Positions 8,532 to 18,076 of a stretch of 64,000 bases of DNA are shown in pieces. This DNA comes from a virus (taxonomy: Duplodnaviria > Caudoviricetes). The position numbers were made by a program, and so were the translations under genes. The stretch lies in IMG/VR virus record IMGVR_UViG_3300008262_000055; one strand, 5' to 3'. Each line of letters opens with the position of its first letter. Within the stretch, counting starts at the first letter, position 1. The notes under the pieces are model-generated. The model did not search any database, had not been told where the DNA came from, and worked only from the letters and a program-made list of their open reading frames with translations.

Positions 8532-8881
8532 CTTTTTAATGACTCCATCATTACAATTTTACCCAACGCATCACCAAGATCTTGATCTTCAGTGATAACG
8601 TGCATGCTATTAAAATTACGATCTTTGTGGCTATCGTAACTACGAGTTTCTACAACATAGCCGCCACTGGCTTTGTAAATCTGTAGACGCATACCATCAC
8701 TACAAAGTCTGTCCGATTCTACTACTTGAGGAATATCTTGTTCATACTCGTCGCTGTTCAACCAATTACGAATACGTTGTCTAAATGTTAGTTTCACTTT
8801 CGTTGCCTTTTTTATTTTACGACTGGGTCTAATTGCTTGATGTTTAGCACCAGATATAGTTGCGTAACCCATAGTTCCCAT
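8528..8881 (-). CDS. hypothetical protein
   Basis: ORF in operon packing. Confidence 0.7.
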   Translation of the reverse strand: MGTMGYATISGAKHQAIRPSRKIKKATKVKLTFRQRIRNWLNSDEYEQDIPQVVESDRLCSDGMRLQIYKASGGYVVETRSYDSHKDRNFNSMHVITEDQDLGDALGKIVMMESLKR

Positions 8882-9438
8882 TATTTGATGATCTCATCCT
8901 TGCCATATTGGTCCCAATCTGTAAAGCGATCTCTTCCCAGAAGGTCCTGTAGGTTATGGCACCATACCCCAGAATTAGTTGCGTTAAAATCTTTGTCGTC
9001 AATCTTTAATGTAGCGTTATAACCTAATTGATTTAGATAAGGTAATTTTACACTAATTTGCGGAATAAATCTACGTTTTTCGGTAAGACCGCTCTCTAGC
9101 AATCCTTCCGTTTCGCGTACATCAAAATCTAATGTACACCACAGATCATATTCACTATCTAAACATACATAGATCATACTTTCCCAAGGACGCCAAGTTT
9201 CCGAATCATTAGTGCCCTTAGTTTTAAAACTTTGATTAGCACCAAAGTAGATATGCTTGATATGTTTAGATTCGTCTGTGTAAGATCTACTTTCTTTGAC
9301 CATTTCTAAAATAATGTAAGGATCATGTACACCTACTACAAATAGAGTTTTCATTCCATAAGCAGGAGTCTTTTCAATCTCTACACCTGTAAAAAATGTA
9401 ATGTTATCTTTTATACCATCTTTATAATCACGTTTCAT
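8881..9438 (-). CDS. hypothetical protein in the deazaguanine cluster
   Basis: ORF (FFTGVEIEKTPAYGMKTLFV...HIYFGANQSF); function not recognised. Confidence 0.75.
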   Translation of the reverse strand: MKRDYKDGIKDNITFFTGVEIEKTPAYGMKTLFVVGVHDPYIILEMVKESRSYTDESKHIKHIYFGANQSFKTKGTNDSETWRPWESMIYVCLDSEYDLWCTLDFDVRETEGLLESGLTEKRRFIPQISVKLPYLNQLGYNATLKIDDKDFNATNSGVWCHNLQDLLGRDRFTDWDQYGKDEIIK

Positions 9439-9935
9439 TCTTCAAACCCCGATGATTTCATTTCACGGCTTCTCATACGTTCTTGATATTCTGCTTCATG
9501 CTTGTCGCAAAGTGTGCGGATCCACCCACCATTACGAGATTTGCCAGGATCTCCACAAGTTTCGCAAGTCCTAGCCGCCCACGATTCTGCCATACGCACC
9601 ATACCATGAATCTGTTCATCGCCACCGTCGTAATAAAAACGCAGCCCGCCAAATTTTTCTTTGACCTGTACAGCGACTACTTGATCAATAGCATCTGGAA
9701 CTTCTCTTAGTTCCTCTGGTGCGGCCTTGCTGTTAAATGTAATTGCCCATTGACGTTGTTTTTCTTTCCAATCAATGTGATGTTGAATATTACCGCATAG
9801 GCTATCGAGGACGTTATACCAACCATCGCCGCATTCAAACCCCCAACACATAAGTGTTTCTTTCATGTCTCCATGACGGTTTTTGAAAATTTTTGGATAT
9901 TTGCTACACAGTGCTTCGTCAAGTTCTTGTTTCAC
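9435..9935 (-). CDS. hypothetical protein with C-terminal CxxC...C zinc motif
   Basis: QVKEKFGGLRFYY, CETCG, TLCDKH. Confidence 0.75.
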   Translation of the reverse strand: MKQELDEALCSKYPKIFKNRHGDMKETLMCWGFECGDGWYNVLDSLCGNIQHHIDWKEKQRQWAITFNSKAAPEELREVPDAIDQVVAVQVKEKFGGLRFYYDGGDEQIHGMVRMAESWAARTCETCGDPGKSRNGGWIRTLCDKHEAEYQERMRSREMKSSGFEE

Positions 9936-10159
9936 CAGGTGCTCACATCAGTGATATCAACGGTAGTATCGATGTCCTTATCGATATCGTTGAATAGATT
10001 GAATTTTACAACAACGGTAGGACCAATTCCGCTGCTGCTACTTTCTTCTAGAGTGAACCACTCAACTTCTTTAAAGTGAGCGGCCATTTTTGCCAATTTT
10101 TCAATTTGACCTCGATTGAGGCAAAACTGAGCCGGTTGATACTTTTTATCTTTCGTCAT
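9932..10159 (-). CDS. hypothetical protein
   Basis: ORF; start moved to MTKDKKY to avoid long overlap. Confidence 0.6.
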   Translation of the reverse strand: MTKDKKYQPAQFCLNRGQIEKLAKMAAHFKEVEWFTLEESSSSGIGPTVVVKFNLFNDIDKDIDTTVDITDVSTW

Positions 10160-10358
10160 CGTCGTAATGGATAGTTTCGTGATCATGTTCCCATTGCTTA
10201 CGTTTAAGTATAGCAATTTCATCCTTTACTGTCAACTTATGTTTCTTCAAATCAGTCAATCTTTGGTCAGTAAAGTTGCCAGTTCTTTCCAAAGTTTCAA
10301 TTTGCTTGTCAAGTGCCCTGTGTGCTTCTTCCAAATGCTTGATTCTATTTTCATACAT
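10146..10358 (-). CDS. YdcH/DUF465-like coiled-coil protein
   Basis: HLEEAHRALDKQI...LKKHKLTVKDEI pattern. Confidence 0.65.
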   Translation of the reverse strand: MYENRIKHLEEAHRALDKQIETLERTGNFTDQRLTDLKKHKLTVKDEIAILKRKQWEHDHETIHYDDDER

Positions 10359-11877
10359 TCTGAGCCTCCTGTTCGTAATAAAGTTCTTCCAATTCTTTTA
10401 GCTTTTCATCTTCTGGGTCCATAAAATCTTCTACAGCACCAGTTTTGGCTTCTTCTTCGAATAAACTATTAAATTGATTTTTAGCAACACCGCCTTTAAG
10501 ACGCATACCCATCATATTATTGAGCATTGGACGAGCTTGTTCAATCATCTGCATTGGAGTTTCACTCTTAAACAATTCTTTTACGAATCGATCAAAGTAA
10601 AGTATATTTCTAGGCACCCAGTCTGAGTATTCATCACTCATGTCTGAGTCTTTGACCTTCTTCCATTCTCTCCAATCCGGATCAAATCTTGCTGTTTCGA
10701 TATCCATTAAATTATTGGCACGTTGTACTGCTTTAATATGACAGTAGGTATTATGTGCCATCATTAGAGCATAACCAAAACTGTCCCATGATGTTTTACC
10801 TTCTTTACCTACTTTGTTTAACATTCCTGGTTTATACCAACAAATGTCTCCTTGAGTAAGTCTTCTTCCTATTTCTGATTCGAAAGGGAACGGGATGTTA
10901 AAAGCCTGGCTAAGGGCTTTATTGTCGGGGGCTTTGTCCATGATGACTGACCAACGTTTGTTGGTATGTTGGGCGTTGGTGTAGACAAGTCCGTGGGCTG
11001 TTGCGATAAACGGGCTGGCACAATCAAAAGATATGGTAAAGTTTTCATTGATATTTTCCCTTACTTGACGTTGAATAGAAGTTAGATAGCAGGACCAATC
11101 CAACTGGGCTGTACCTAAGAAGTGCATCCAGTTCCTATCATCTAAGAGTTTTTCGTCTCTAAGAATAATAAGGCGTTTCAATGCGATTTCCATATCGCAC
11201 ATATTTTTACCACCCATCGCCCAACCTTCAGTTGGCAGATGTTTAACCGCTTCATACCAAGCCTGTGCTGTTTCCCAATCGCTGCCTTGTAGCACGTTTA
11301 AGAACTTGGTTTGCCCTAATCGATTACGAATGAAATAATCATTATTGTGTAAAGTTTTATCTAAGCAATCATTAAAACTTTTTAAACCAGTTTTTGGACT
11401 ATGAATATGATCACACGCCCACGTAGGCACGTCTAACAACATCGACCAGTCGGCAGTTAATTCTAACCAGTTAAGGATATTATCTCGAACTTTATTTGCA
11501 GCGGCACCTTCAAAGTTTTGCCAATCAAATTTAAGAACACCTTTACCAATCTGATAACCACCGGAATCACCTACAATCACTGTATTAGCACGATCTCGAT
11601 CTTGTATCATAGCATCCTGTGTTATGGTTTTATTTAGATCTAACTGTGCGTGACCTGCTGAATACAGTCCGTACTTGTAAGTAAAGTATCCTTCTTCCGG
11701 ATTTAAAAAGTTCATACCTTCGATGCCTCGATCAAAGCCTTTGGGAATTCGATCATCTGGAACAAATTTATCAAATCTTTGTTTGCTGACGTAGGTGCTA
11801 AAAAAGCAGCTAATGGCTGGCAGATATACTGCGTAATCTTTTTGTAAAGGTGTTAAATTAACTGGTGGCTGTTTCAT
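10351..11877 (-). CDS. dpdA: TGT-fold guanine transglycosylase, probably DNA-acting DpdA type
   Basis: TGT catalytic motifs in order: GDSGGYQ, LLDVP, VLQG, AMGG, HFLG, SFDCASP; same locus as folE and queE. Confidence 0.7.
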   Translation of the reverse strand: MKQPPVNLTPLQKDYAVYLPAISCFFSTYVSKQRFDKFVPDDRIPKGFDRGIEGMNFLNPEEGYFTYKYGLYSAGHAQLDLNKTITQDAMIQDRDRANTVIVGDSGGYQIGKGVLKFDWQNFEGAAANKVRDNILNWLELTADWSMLLDVPTWACDHIHSPKTGLKSFNDCLDKTLHNNDYFIRNRLGQTKFLNVLQGSDWETAQAWYEAVKHLPTEGWAMGGKNMCDMEIALKRLIILRDEKLLDDRNWMHFLGTAQLDWSCYLTSIQRQVRENINENFTISFDCASPFIATAHGLVYTNAQHTNKRWSVIMDKAPDNKALSQAFNIPFPFESEIGRRLTQGDICWYKPGMLNKVGKEGKTSWDSFGYALMMAHNTYCHIKAVQRANNLMDIETARFDPDWREWKKVKDSDMSDEYSDWVPRNILYFDRFVKELFKSETPMQMIEQARPMLNNMMGMRLKGGVAKNQFNSLFEEEAKTGAVEDFMDPEDEKLKELEELYYEQEAQNV

Positions 11878-12226
11878 GTTCTCTCGCTAAAATTGTTGTA
11901 AGTTCTAATCTAGTCTTTGCCTGTTCTAATTGATCTAATGCTATACGAACTGCTTCGTTGCTAGAAGCCAGCTTGTACCATTCATTTTCTTGAGCACGTT
12001 TCTTACGTGCCCATTGAACTATATCTAATACGTCTTGATCTAGGCCTACAGTAGCATAACTGGTACTCATGTTGATCCATGAGTTGCCGTCAAACACCTG
12101 CATATCATTACCCCATACACGGAGCATACCTTGTATAGGATTGTTGTTGTTTTGATTAATGTACGGCATACTGGTGTTACCACCAGTTACCGTTAACCCG
12201 CTAATACCTTGTAGACCTTTAATCAT
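11858..12226 (-). CDS. hypothetical protein
   Basis: ORF in operon packing. Confidence 0.7.
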   Translation of the reverse strand: MIKGLQGISGLTVTGGNTSMPYINQNNNNPIQGMLRVWGNDMQVFDGNSWINMSTSYATVGLDQDVLDIVQWARKKRAQENEWYKLASSNEAVRIALDQLEQAKTRLELTTILAREHETATS

Positions 12227-12963
12227 TATTGTTGCTGTGCTGGAATAATGTATTTGTAAGTAGCAAGTCCGCTGTCTAAAGTGATTTGGATAGCACCTTC
12301 ATTACTTAAAGCCATTTTAGTATTGTTAACATCAGCAGCTTTTAAGATACTTAGAATTGGAAGTACTGGCCATGTCCATCCGCGATCAAGTTTACCTACT
12401 ACATTCTGTGCGAATACAAATTCGCCGCCGTGTGTTGAAGCATCGCCAAATATAAACTTTAGATTATTGCCATCTGTTTTTGCCAAGAATGTTGGATGTT
12501 CACTATGAGCACCTGCCTGAAAGTTAAAACGTGTAACAGAAGCTACACTTGGCTCAAGCTCTACATCCCACTTAACACCACGGAACTTAACTGTTTTCAT
12601 CTTTTCGTTGATGATTTCTTGATTCATAAAACGATAATCGTTCTTAAAGTCGCCATCTTTGTTTTCAAAGTGAATACCAACAGGAATAGTTTCTCCGTTA
12701 CGTTCTGCTGTAGTAATGTTTATCTTAGCATCCTCTTTGTATTCTGGACCGTCTATTAGATATTTTAATTTCTGTAGTTGCGGCATTCCAAATGTACCAA
12801 TCATATCTGGATATGGATTGTGTGTGCTAGCTTCCATAATTACTGAACGGTCATCAGCCATTGAGAAGATGCTTGTGCCTTCTTCTGTGCCTGTGACCTT
12901 AACTGTGGTTAAGAAGCCTAGGTTTTGCGTATGTGATACGATGTCTTGTAAAATATCTTTCAT
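12226..12963 (-). CDS. gp45: DNA polymerase sliding clamp (T4 gp45-like)
   Basis: 245 aa; directly downstream of polB; two-domain beta-rich pattern ending LATYKYIIPA. Confidence 0.7.
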   Translation of the reverse strand: MKDILQDIVSHTQNLGFLTTVKVTGTEEGTSIFSMADDRSVIMEASTHNPYPDMIGTFGMPQLQKLKYLIDGPEYKEDAKINITTAERNGETIPVGIHFENKDGDFKNDYRFMNQEIINEKMKTVKFRGVKWDVELEPSVASVTRFNFQAGAHSEHPTFLAKTDGNNLKFIFGDASTHGGEFVFAQNVVGKLDRGWTWPVLPILSILKAADVNNTKMALSNEGAIQITLDSGLATYKYIIPAQQQ

Positions 12964-12992
12964 TTAGAGAGTCTCCATGTATATTAAGATTA

Positions 12993-12999
12993 TATTTAG
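12993..12999 (-). promoter_or_regulatory. T4-late-like promoter variant (CTAAATA)
   Basis: Variant of recurring NTAAATA motif upstream of the clamp gene. Confidence 0.35.
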
Positions 13000-13025
13000 A
13001 TCTTGAGAAAAAATCAACCTAGAAA

Positions 13026-15692
13026 TCACTCAAAATCAAACAATTTGCTGAATGTATTATCCGACCTAGTTGAACTGATGTCCCATTCCAAAACACCAAT
13101 TAGGTTTTCTAACTTTTCATCGATAACTGTGGTTTCCATTTCACCGTCGGCGAAAGGCAAGTCTTTGAACCATTGAGGAAGTCTAAGCTCGTCAACAGGA
13201 TAAGCTACACTAGTATAGCCCATTGGATTATCTTTGATCTTACATACAATGACTTTAGCACCATCAGTGATACTCATGCTGTATTTGTCATCATTCATGC
13301 GTTTCAAAGTATTCCAATTTAAGCTAGCTCGAACATGTCCTGGCATGTTTGCTTTGCCTTGTTTCTTTTCTTTGGCCTGATACTCAGTGATATTGTTGGC
13401 TCGTTTAGGAGAACCTTTTTCCCAACCCGGCCGTGTTTTAAATTCAGTTCTAAAATTAGTAATGTATTCTAGGACTTCTTCTTTAGGCACACCGTTTAGG
13501 ACTTGTTCTAGCACTTGACTTAAGAAATCTTGAATAACAACTGGAGTGTCTGAACGTTTAAGATCTAGACCCATAGCCTTGATCTTTCCCGGTTTACCAT
13601 TTACATCTGCTCGTTTACCTTCTTTATCATAATAAAGAACAGCATAGCGTTTCTTAGTAATAAACAGACCTTTTGAAGCTACTAGTTCTCTTCCTGCTTT
13701 GATAACTTCGCCGCGAGTTTTAGGACAATGAAACTTATCTTGCATCATTTTAGGAAAGCTGGCATTTACCTCATCTGCTATTTGGTCGTAGAGTTGGACT
13801 ACAGTTTCTTTATTCCAAGGTAACTGACCGCTTTCAATTTCTTTTTTCAACACAGGGTAAGCGGAAAAATAACAAGAGTCTGTGTCGCCGTAGATTACAG
13901 CTTTTCCTTTGTAATCATATTCGCCTGTGGCTATTTCATTTATTTTACCAGCCATGTGTCTAACAATCTGTCTACCACTAAGTGTAGTACTTTGACCAAT
14001 CCTGTTATCAAAGAATCTACAGCCGGGATTAAGAATAGCACCATACAGGCTGTTTAGGTTAATCTTTTTAACTAATTGACGCTTGTCCCAGTATTCTTCT
14101 TCTACTTTATTTCCGGCAGCAATACACTCTTTGAGTTTGGCCTGCATCTCTTTACGTTCAGCGTACCAGCGTTTTAACAATCCGGGAATAACACCTTCTT
14201 TTTCGTAAGTGAAAATTGTACCGTTAGCAGAAATCATCCAAGGTTGATTACTTTCGAAGATAAGGTCATAGATTTGAGCACCACTTAGGGTATCGCTACC
14301 CCCACCTTCCCAATCAATTGTAATTTCTTTGGCAATATTTCTTTCCATCACGAATTCGTATTCAAGACTACCAAATATACCTTCCCAAGCAGCAGCAAAT
14401 GATTTTCCCTTGCCCATTTCCTGTTCAATGTAATTTTTTGTATAGTCTTGACGTAATTGTCCAACAATAGTCTCTGGACCCATATTCAAAGCACGAATCG
14501 CTGACGGATACAGCGAGTTAATATCAACTGAACCGATCCATTCGTGGATACCTTTCTTTGGATACGCAACATACGCACCCGCAGCCGGCTCTGAACCAGG
14601 TTCTCTTCGGATCCTATTAGGAACAATCATTCCTCTTCGATGAGCTTCGTTAATAATAGCCTGTTCAGTAACAGCTACAGCACCCATAGTTGTCTGTAAT
14701 AATACAGTACATTCATGTGCTAGTTTGTTAGCAAGATCTAAAAACTTTAGTTTTTTGTCTAATTTATCTAACAAGGCCGTGTCTTGTCTATTGTATTCAA
14801 TGAACTTACGGAAATCGTTGTTATACAGTTGATCCAACGTACCTTCGTAGACAGTCTTGTTCTCACCTATCTCCATTTCTCCAATAGCATCAAGTCTGTA
14901 TGTGTGGCGTTCTTCATAGGTATATTTGCGGTACAACTCGAGACTGTCCAGATGAACACGACCAACAAGGTCATAAGTAACAGCTTGCCTTCCATACTTC
15001 TCATACTCTCGTTTCTTTGGATATTGATCCCACAGACAGAATCTACGTGTGTCGTCTTTGCTTAATACCTTGGTTACACGATTAACAGTATAAGGAATAT
15101 CAAAGCCTTCTGAGTTCCATCCGCTTAATACATCGGCGTCTTGGATTAAATTTAGGAAGTTGTCTAACAGCTCTGCTTCTGTTTCAAAAATATAAGTATT
15201 AGGAAATTCTGCTACTGCTTGTTTAGCTTCTTCTACGGTGAGAGTTTTTGGAGGTATAGCTAAACATACTAGAGTATCTAACCATTGTAAGTGTACAGCA
15301 ATAGCAGTTATAGGCATAAACGCATCTTCTGGTGATGCGTAGCCACGCTCAGGATCAAAGTCTACTTCAATGTCAAAGAATGCTACATGTAATTTGGGGG
15401 AGTCTTGATTTAGATAATTGTCTTCTAGACATCGATAAATTGGATTTATATCCGATTCATACAGCTTCATACCGCTGTGTATTTTAAGTTCTTTATGTAG
15501 GTCTTTGAGATTTTTACAAGTTACACGGCTAAGTGGTTCGCCGTTAGTACTAGTATATTTGCCCTTAGGGTCTTGAAAGTAAAAGATATGTCGAGCAGGA
15601 TATTCTTTAAAATGTCTATGGCCATTATCGTCTCGTTCAACGATGTGGATAGTATCCTGATCGCGATTATAGAATGCGTCAACGTAACTCAA
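13026..15692 (-). CDS. polB: family B DNA polymerase (T4 gp43-like)
   Basis: Exo FDIEVD, WNSEGFD, YNRQD; pol DINSLYPS, KINLNSLYG, YGDTDS; TTG start with AGGAG SD. Confidence 0.97.
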   Translation of the reverse strand: MSYVDAFYNRDQDTIHIVERDDNGHRHFKEYPARHIFYFQDPKGKYTSTNGEPLSRVTCKNLKDLHKELKIHSGMKLYESDINPIYRCLEDNYLNQDSPKLHVAFFDIEVDFDPERGYASPEDAFMPITAIAVHLQWLDTLVCLAIPPKTLTVEEAKQAVAEFPNTYIFETEAELLDNFLNLIQDADVLSGWNSEGFDIPYTVNRVTKVLSKDDTRRFCLWDQYPKKREYEKYGRQAVTYDLVGRVHLDSLELYRKYTYEERHTYRLDAIGEMEIGENKTVYEGTLDQLYNNDFRKFIEYNRQDTALLDKLDKKLKFLDLANKLAHECTVLLQTTMGAVAVTEQAIINEAHRRGMIVPNRIRREPGSEPAAGAYVAYPKKGIHEWIGSVDINSLYPSAIRALNMGPETIVGQLRQDYTKNYIEQEMGKGKSFAAAWEGIFGSLEYEFVMERNIAKEITIDWEGGGSDTLSGAQIYDLIFESNQPWMISANGTIFTYEKEGVIPGLLKRWYAERKEMQAKLKECIAAGNKVEEEYWDKRQLVKKINLNSLYGAILNPGCRFFDNRIGQSTTLSGRQIVRHMAGKINEIATGEYDYKGKAVIYGDTDSCYFSAYPVLKKEIESGQLPWNKETVVQLYDQIADEVNASFPKMMQDKFHCPKTRGEVIKAGRELVASKGLFITKKRYAVLYYDKEGKRADVNGKPGKIKAMGLDLKRSDTPVVIQDFLSQVLEQVLNGVPKEEVLEYITNFRTEFKTRPGWEKGSPKRANNITEYQAKEKKQGKANMPGHVRASLNWNTLKRMNDDKYSMSITDGAKVIVCKIKDNPMGYTSVAYPVDELRLPQWFKDLPFADGEMETTVIDEKLENLIGVLEWDISSTRSDNTFSKLFDFE

Positions 15693-15704
15693 ATTTTTCT
15701 CCTA

Positions 15705-15749
15705 TGCCATTTGCGGCTGGCAAACCAAACAGATCATTTATGGCTGATC
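15705..15749 (-). promoter_or_regulatory. tandem twin hairpins in polB leader (candidate translational operator)
   Basis: Minus strand GATCA-GCCATAAA-TGATC and TGCCA-GCCGCAAA-TGGCA; second hairpin abuts the SD. Confidence 0.65.
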
Positions 15750-15760
15750 AAACCTTATTC

Positions 15761-16051
15761 TTAAGTACTTAGCATCCTAACTAACCCTACTGAGTCAATT
15801 GTGACCAACAATAGGTAATTAGCCAGCATCCCAAAGGAACCACGACTATAAGCACACCCAGCGTATATAGCACAACCAGTAATCCAAATTGGGTAAAGTA
15901 TAATGAGAGGTGGTGTTGGAACGGTGAGTGCCATAGTGATAGAACAGCCAATGCTAATAGCCCAAGCAACGACCTCAAGACAAAAACGAACTCCATTGCT
16001 CGAATAGTCTTGTTTGATCCATGTAGCTGTTCCATTTAAAATATCTATCAT
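15761..16051 (-). CDS. hypothetical membrane protein (3 TM)
   Basis: Three hydrophobic segments. Confidence 0.7.
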   Translation of the reverse strand: MIDILNGTATWIKQDYSSNGVRFCLEVVAWAISIGCSITMALTVPTPPLIILYPIWITGCAIYAGCAYSRGSFGMLANYLLLVTIDSVGLVRMLST

Positions 16052-16308
16052 TCGGGTAATCTTTTTGTAACACCTAAGATCATTTCAATTTCGTCCCACT
16101 CTTCTTCATGGGATTTCCAATTATCTTTATGTGCGATTTTAATTGCTTTGTTAATAATACTAGGTTTTACTTGTAATTCTTCTGCGACTGCTTTTACAGT
16201 TTCTTTAAGACCTTCACTTAAATCTTCAATTTCACGAAGTACATTACCACCTTCGTTAATCAATCTTTCTAATTTTGCTTTTTCTTCAGGTCCGTACATT
16301 TTTGCCAT
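16048..16308 (-). CDS. T4 DsbA/GapR-like dsDNA-binding protein
   Basis: EIEDLSEGLKETVKAVAEELQVKPSIINKAIK pattern; GGAG SD before MAKMYG. Confidence 0.6.
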   Translation of the reverse strand: MAKMYGPEEKAKLERLINEGGNVLREIEDLSEGLKETVKAVAEELQVKPSIINKAIKIAHKDNWKSHEEEWDEIEMILGVTKRLPE

Positions 16309-16346
16309 TTGTAAACTCCAAGTAATAATGTATATTATATAGTCAT

Positions 16347-16378
16347 AAAAAAAGCCAGTCAAGTAATGACTGGCTTTT
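16347..16378 (-). terminator. rho-independent terminator
   Basis: Inverted repeat aaaagccagtca/tgactggctttt with T-tract on the minus strand. Confidence 0.8.
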
Positions 16379-16394
16379 GTTTACCAAAAGAAAT

Positions 16395-17348
16395 TTATTC
16401 TTTGATAATTTTATGTAGGTTCCATTCGCCGCCCATTCTTTCATAGGTAGCAGCAGCAAATGCCTGTGCTTGAACAGATTCGTTAAATTTGCTCTTACCT
16501 ACACGCTCTGCCCATGACCATAAATCTTTGTCCATAGGATCAATTTGAAATTGGCCTCTACTTTCTCTAACTACTTGAAGTGCTGTAGCAAAGGATAATG
16601 ATTCTTTAGCTTTCTTTTTGCCAAAGAATTTTTCTTGCTTGGCTGACATGCCTTTCTTAGCACCGTCTTTGGCAGCAGGTGTTTTACCTTTTCCTAGGTC
16701 CTTAGGACCTTTTCCGTCTTGTGCGTAATCCGGAATGCCGTCTTTGTTAGCGTCTGGCTTGGCACCTTCTTTAACAGATTCGTCTTTTTTACGATTGTCA
16801 AATTTTTCGCCGTCTTTCATACCCCAGGTCTTAGCACTCTTTGGAGATTGTTTTTGTTTTGGAGCACGATCTTTCTTTTCCGCTGCTGACATTGACTTAG
16901 CATGGCTCTTTTTACCCTTGCCTGACTTCTCTTCGCTGTCCCCGCCATCGTCGTAGCTTTCTGGATCACGTTCGTGTTTGATACCAGTTGCTGTTTTAGT
17001 AATTGTGCCACCGGAAGCTGATTTCTTTTTGTCGCCAACTTTCATTTCTTCTTTAACAGCTTCGGTTGTCTTTTTAGCTGTTGCTGTAGCAATAGCCATC
17101 TTTTTAGATTTTTTCATGCTAGGGTCGTCTTTTTCGATTGCCTTAGCAACTTCTTCTTTCTTTTTCTTTTCGGCTGCTGTTAATTTCTTTTCAGCAATAA
17201 CAGATTCAGTTAGTTTTGTAACACCAGCTAGAACACGTAATTCTGTGCCTTCGTCTAATCTAATAGGATCGGCTTGTTTTGGTGCTTGAACTCCCTTTGG
17301 AGGAGCAGACAAATTGTCTAGTTTGTTAATTATAGATTTAAAATCCAT
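16395..17348 (-). CDS. Lys/Glu-rich putative internal head protein
   Basis: MDFKSIINKLD...LRVLAGV; low complexity; DANKDG loop; start at 17348 with AAGGA SD. Confidence 0.7.
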   Translation of the reverse strand: MDFKSIINKLDNLSAPPKGVQAPKQADPIRLDEGTELRVLAGVTKLTESVIAEKKLTAAEKKKKEEVAKAIEKDDPSMKKSKKMAIATATAKKTTEAVKEEMKVGDKKKSASGGTITKTATGIKHERDPESYDDGGDSEEKSGKGKKSHAKSMSAAEKKDRAPKQKQSPKSAKTWGMKDGEKFDNRKKDESVKEGAKPDANKDGIPDYAQDGKGPKDLGKGKTPAAKDGAKKGMSAKQEKFFGKKKAKESLSFATALQVVRESRGQFQIDPMDKDLWSWAERVGKSKFNESVQAQAFAAATYERMGGEWNLHKIIKE

Positions 17349-17352
17349 GTTC

Positions 17353-17691
17353 TTATCCTTGTGTCTTAAATTTTTTCCATTGATCTGTGAGGTTTTCAGC
17401 AACTTCAGCAGTTAATGATTCGTCTGGTTCAGAGTCCAACGACATTTCGTCATCCATTTTAGGTTCTTCGAATTTCTTTTGATATTCCATATAATGTGCT
17501 ACAGAATCTAGATAATCAGCTGCTTTAGTGATCTTAGCAGCTACCCATCCTTCTAAATTATCGCCGGGCTTGATCATATGGAAGATCTTAATAGCATATT
17601 CAGCAGACTTGTATAGTTCTGCTCTAGCCATAGAAGCTTCGTGGTCTTGAGGACCTAGATCGTTATCTTCATTAAACACATTGTTTTTCAT
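17353..17691 (-). CDS. hypothetical protein
   Basis: ORF preceded by ATAAATA. Confidence 0.75.
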   Translation of the reverse strand: MKNNVFNEDNDLGPQDHEASMARAELYKSAEYAIKIFHMIKPGDNLEGWVAAKITKAADYLDSVAHYMEYQKKFEEPKMDDEMSLDSEPDESLTAEVAENLTDQWKKFKTQG

Positions 17692-17696
17692 AGTAG

Positions 17697-17703
17697 TATT
17701 TAT
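17697..17703 (-). promoter_or_regulatory. T4-late-like promoter ATAAATA
   Basis: Motif 5 nt upstream of ATG 17691. Confidence 0.55.
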
Positions 17704-17891
17704 CTTTTTACCAAAGAGCCGCCTGAAAGCAGGTTTCCGCCTTTTAGATCTAATGCGTTAGGAGCAGTACCGTCTTTTCGTTTTTTAGGCTGCTTTCCTT
17801 TGACATTAGGGTAAGCTACCCCTACGGAAACATTAGCTGCTGATGTAGCACCTGCTGTAGCTGTTTCTTGAATAATATCTTTAATTTTCAT
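17700..17891 (-). CDS. small putative head-targeted protein (MKIKDIIQE)
   Basis: ORF with shared N-terminal motif. Confidence 0.7.
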   Translation of the reverse strand: MKIKDIIQETATAGATSAANVSVGVAYPNVKGKQPKKRKDGTAPNALDLKGGNLLSGGSLVKR

Positions 17892-18073
17892 TTAATTTCT
17901 CTAACATTGCTAACTAGGGCAGTTTTTCCATACTGTGCTTTGATTAATCTACGGGCCATTTCTTGATTCTTAGCAGTAATAGTAGTATCTATAACTTGGC
18001 TATAGCCGGTCTGCTTGACTCGTACTTTAGCAGCAAAGAATTTAAACTGACCTGTGATCTCTTCAATCTTCAT
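17888..18073 (-). CDS. small putative head-targeted protein (MKIEEI)
   Basis: ORF with shared N-terminal motif. Confidence 0.7.
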   Translation of the reverse strand: MKIEEITGQFKFFAAKVRVKQTGYSQVIDTTITAKNQEMARRLIKAQYGKTALVSNVREIK

Positions 18074-18076
18074 AGC

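Noticed and set aside
13026-15692. Intein or intron in polB (also checked clpA and clamp loader)
   Set aside because: Lengths and motif spacing are normal; no splicing or homing-endonuclease motifs.
15787-16035. Alternative-frame ORF overlapping 15761-16051
   Set aside because: Fully nested on the same strand; the longer frame is coupled to its neighbour and reads as a coherent membrane protein.
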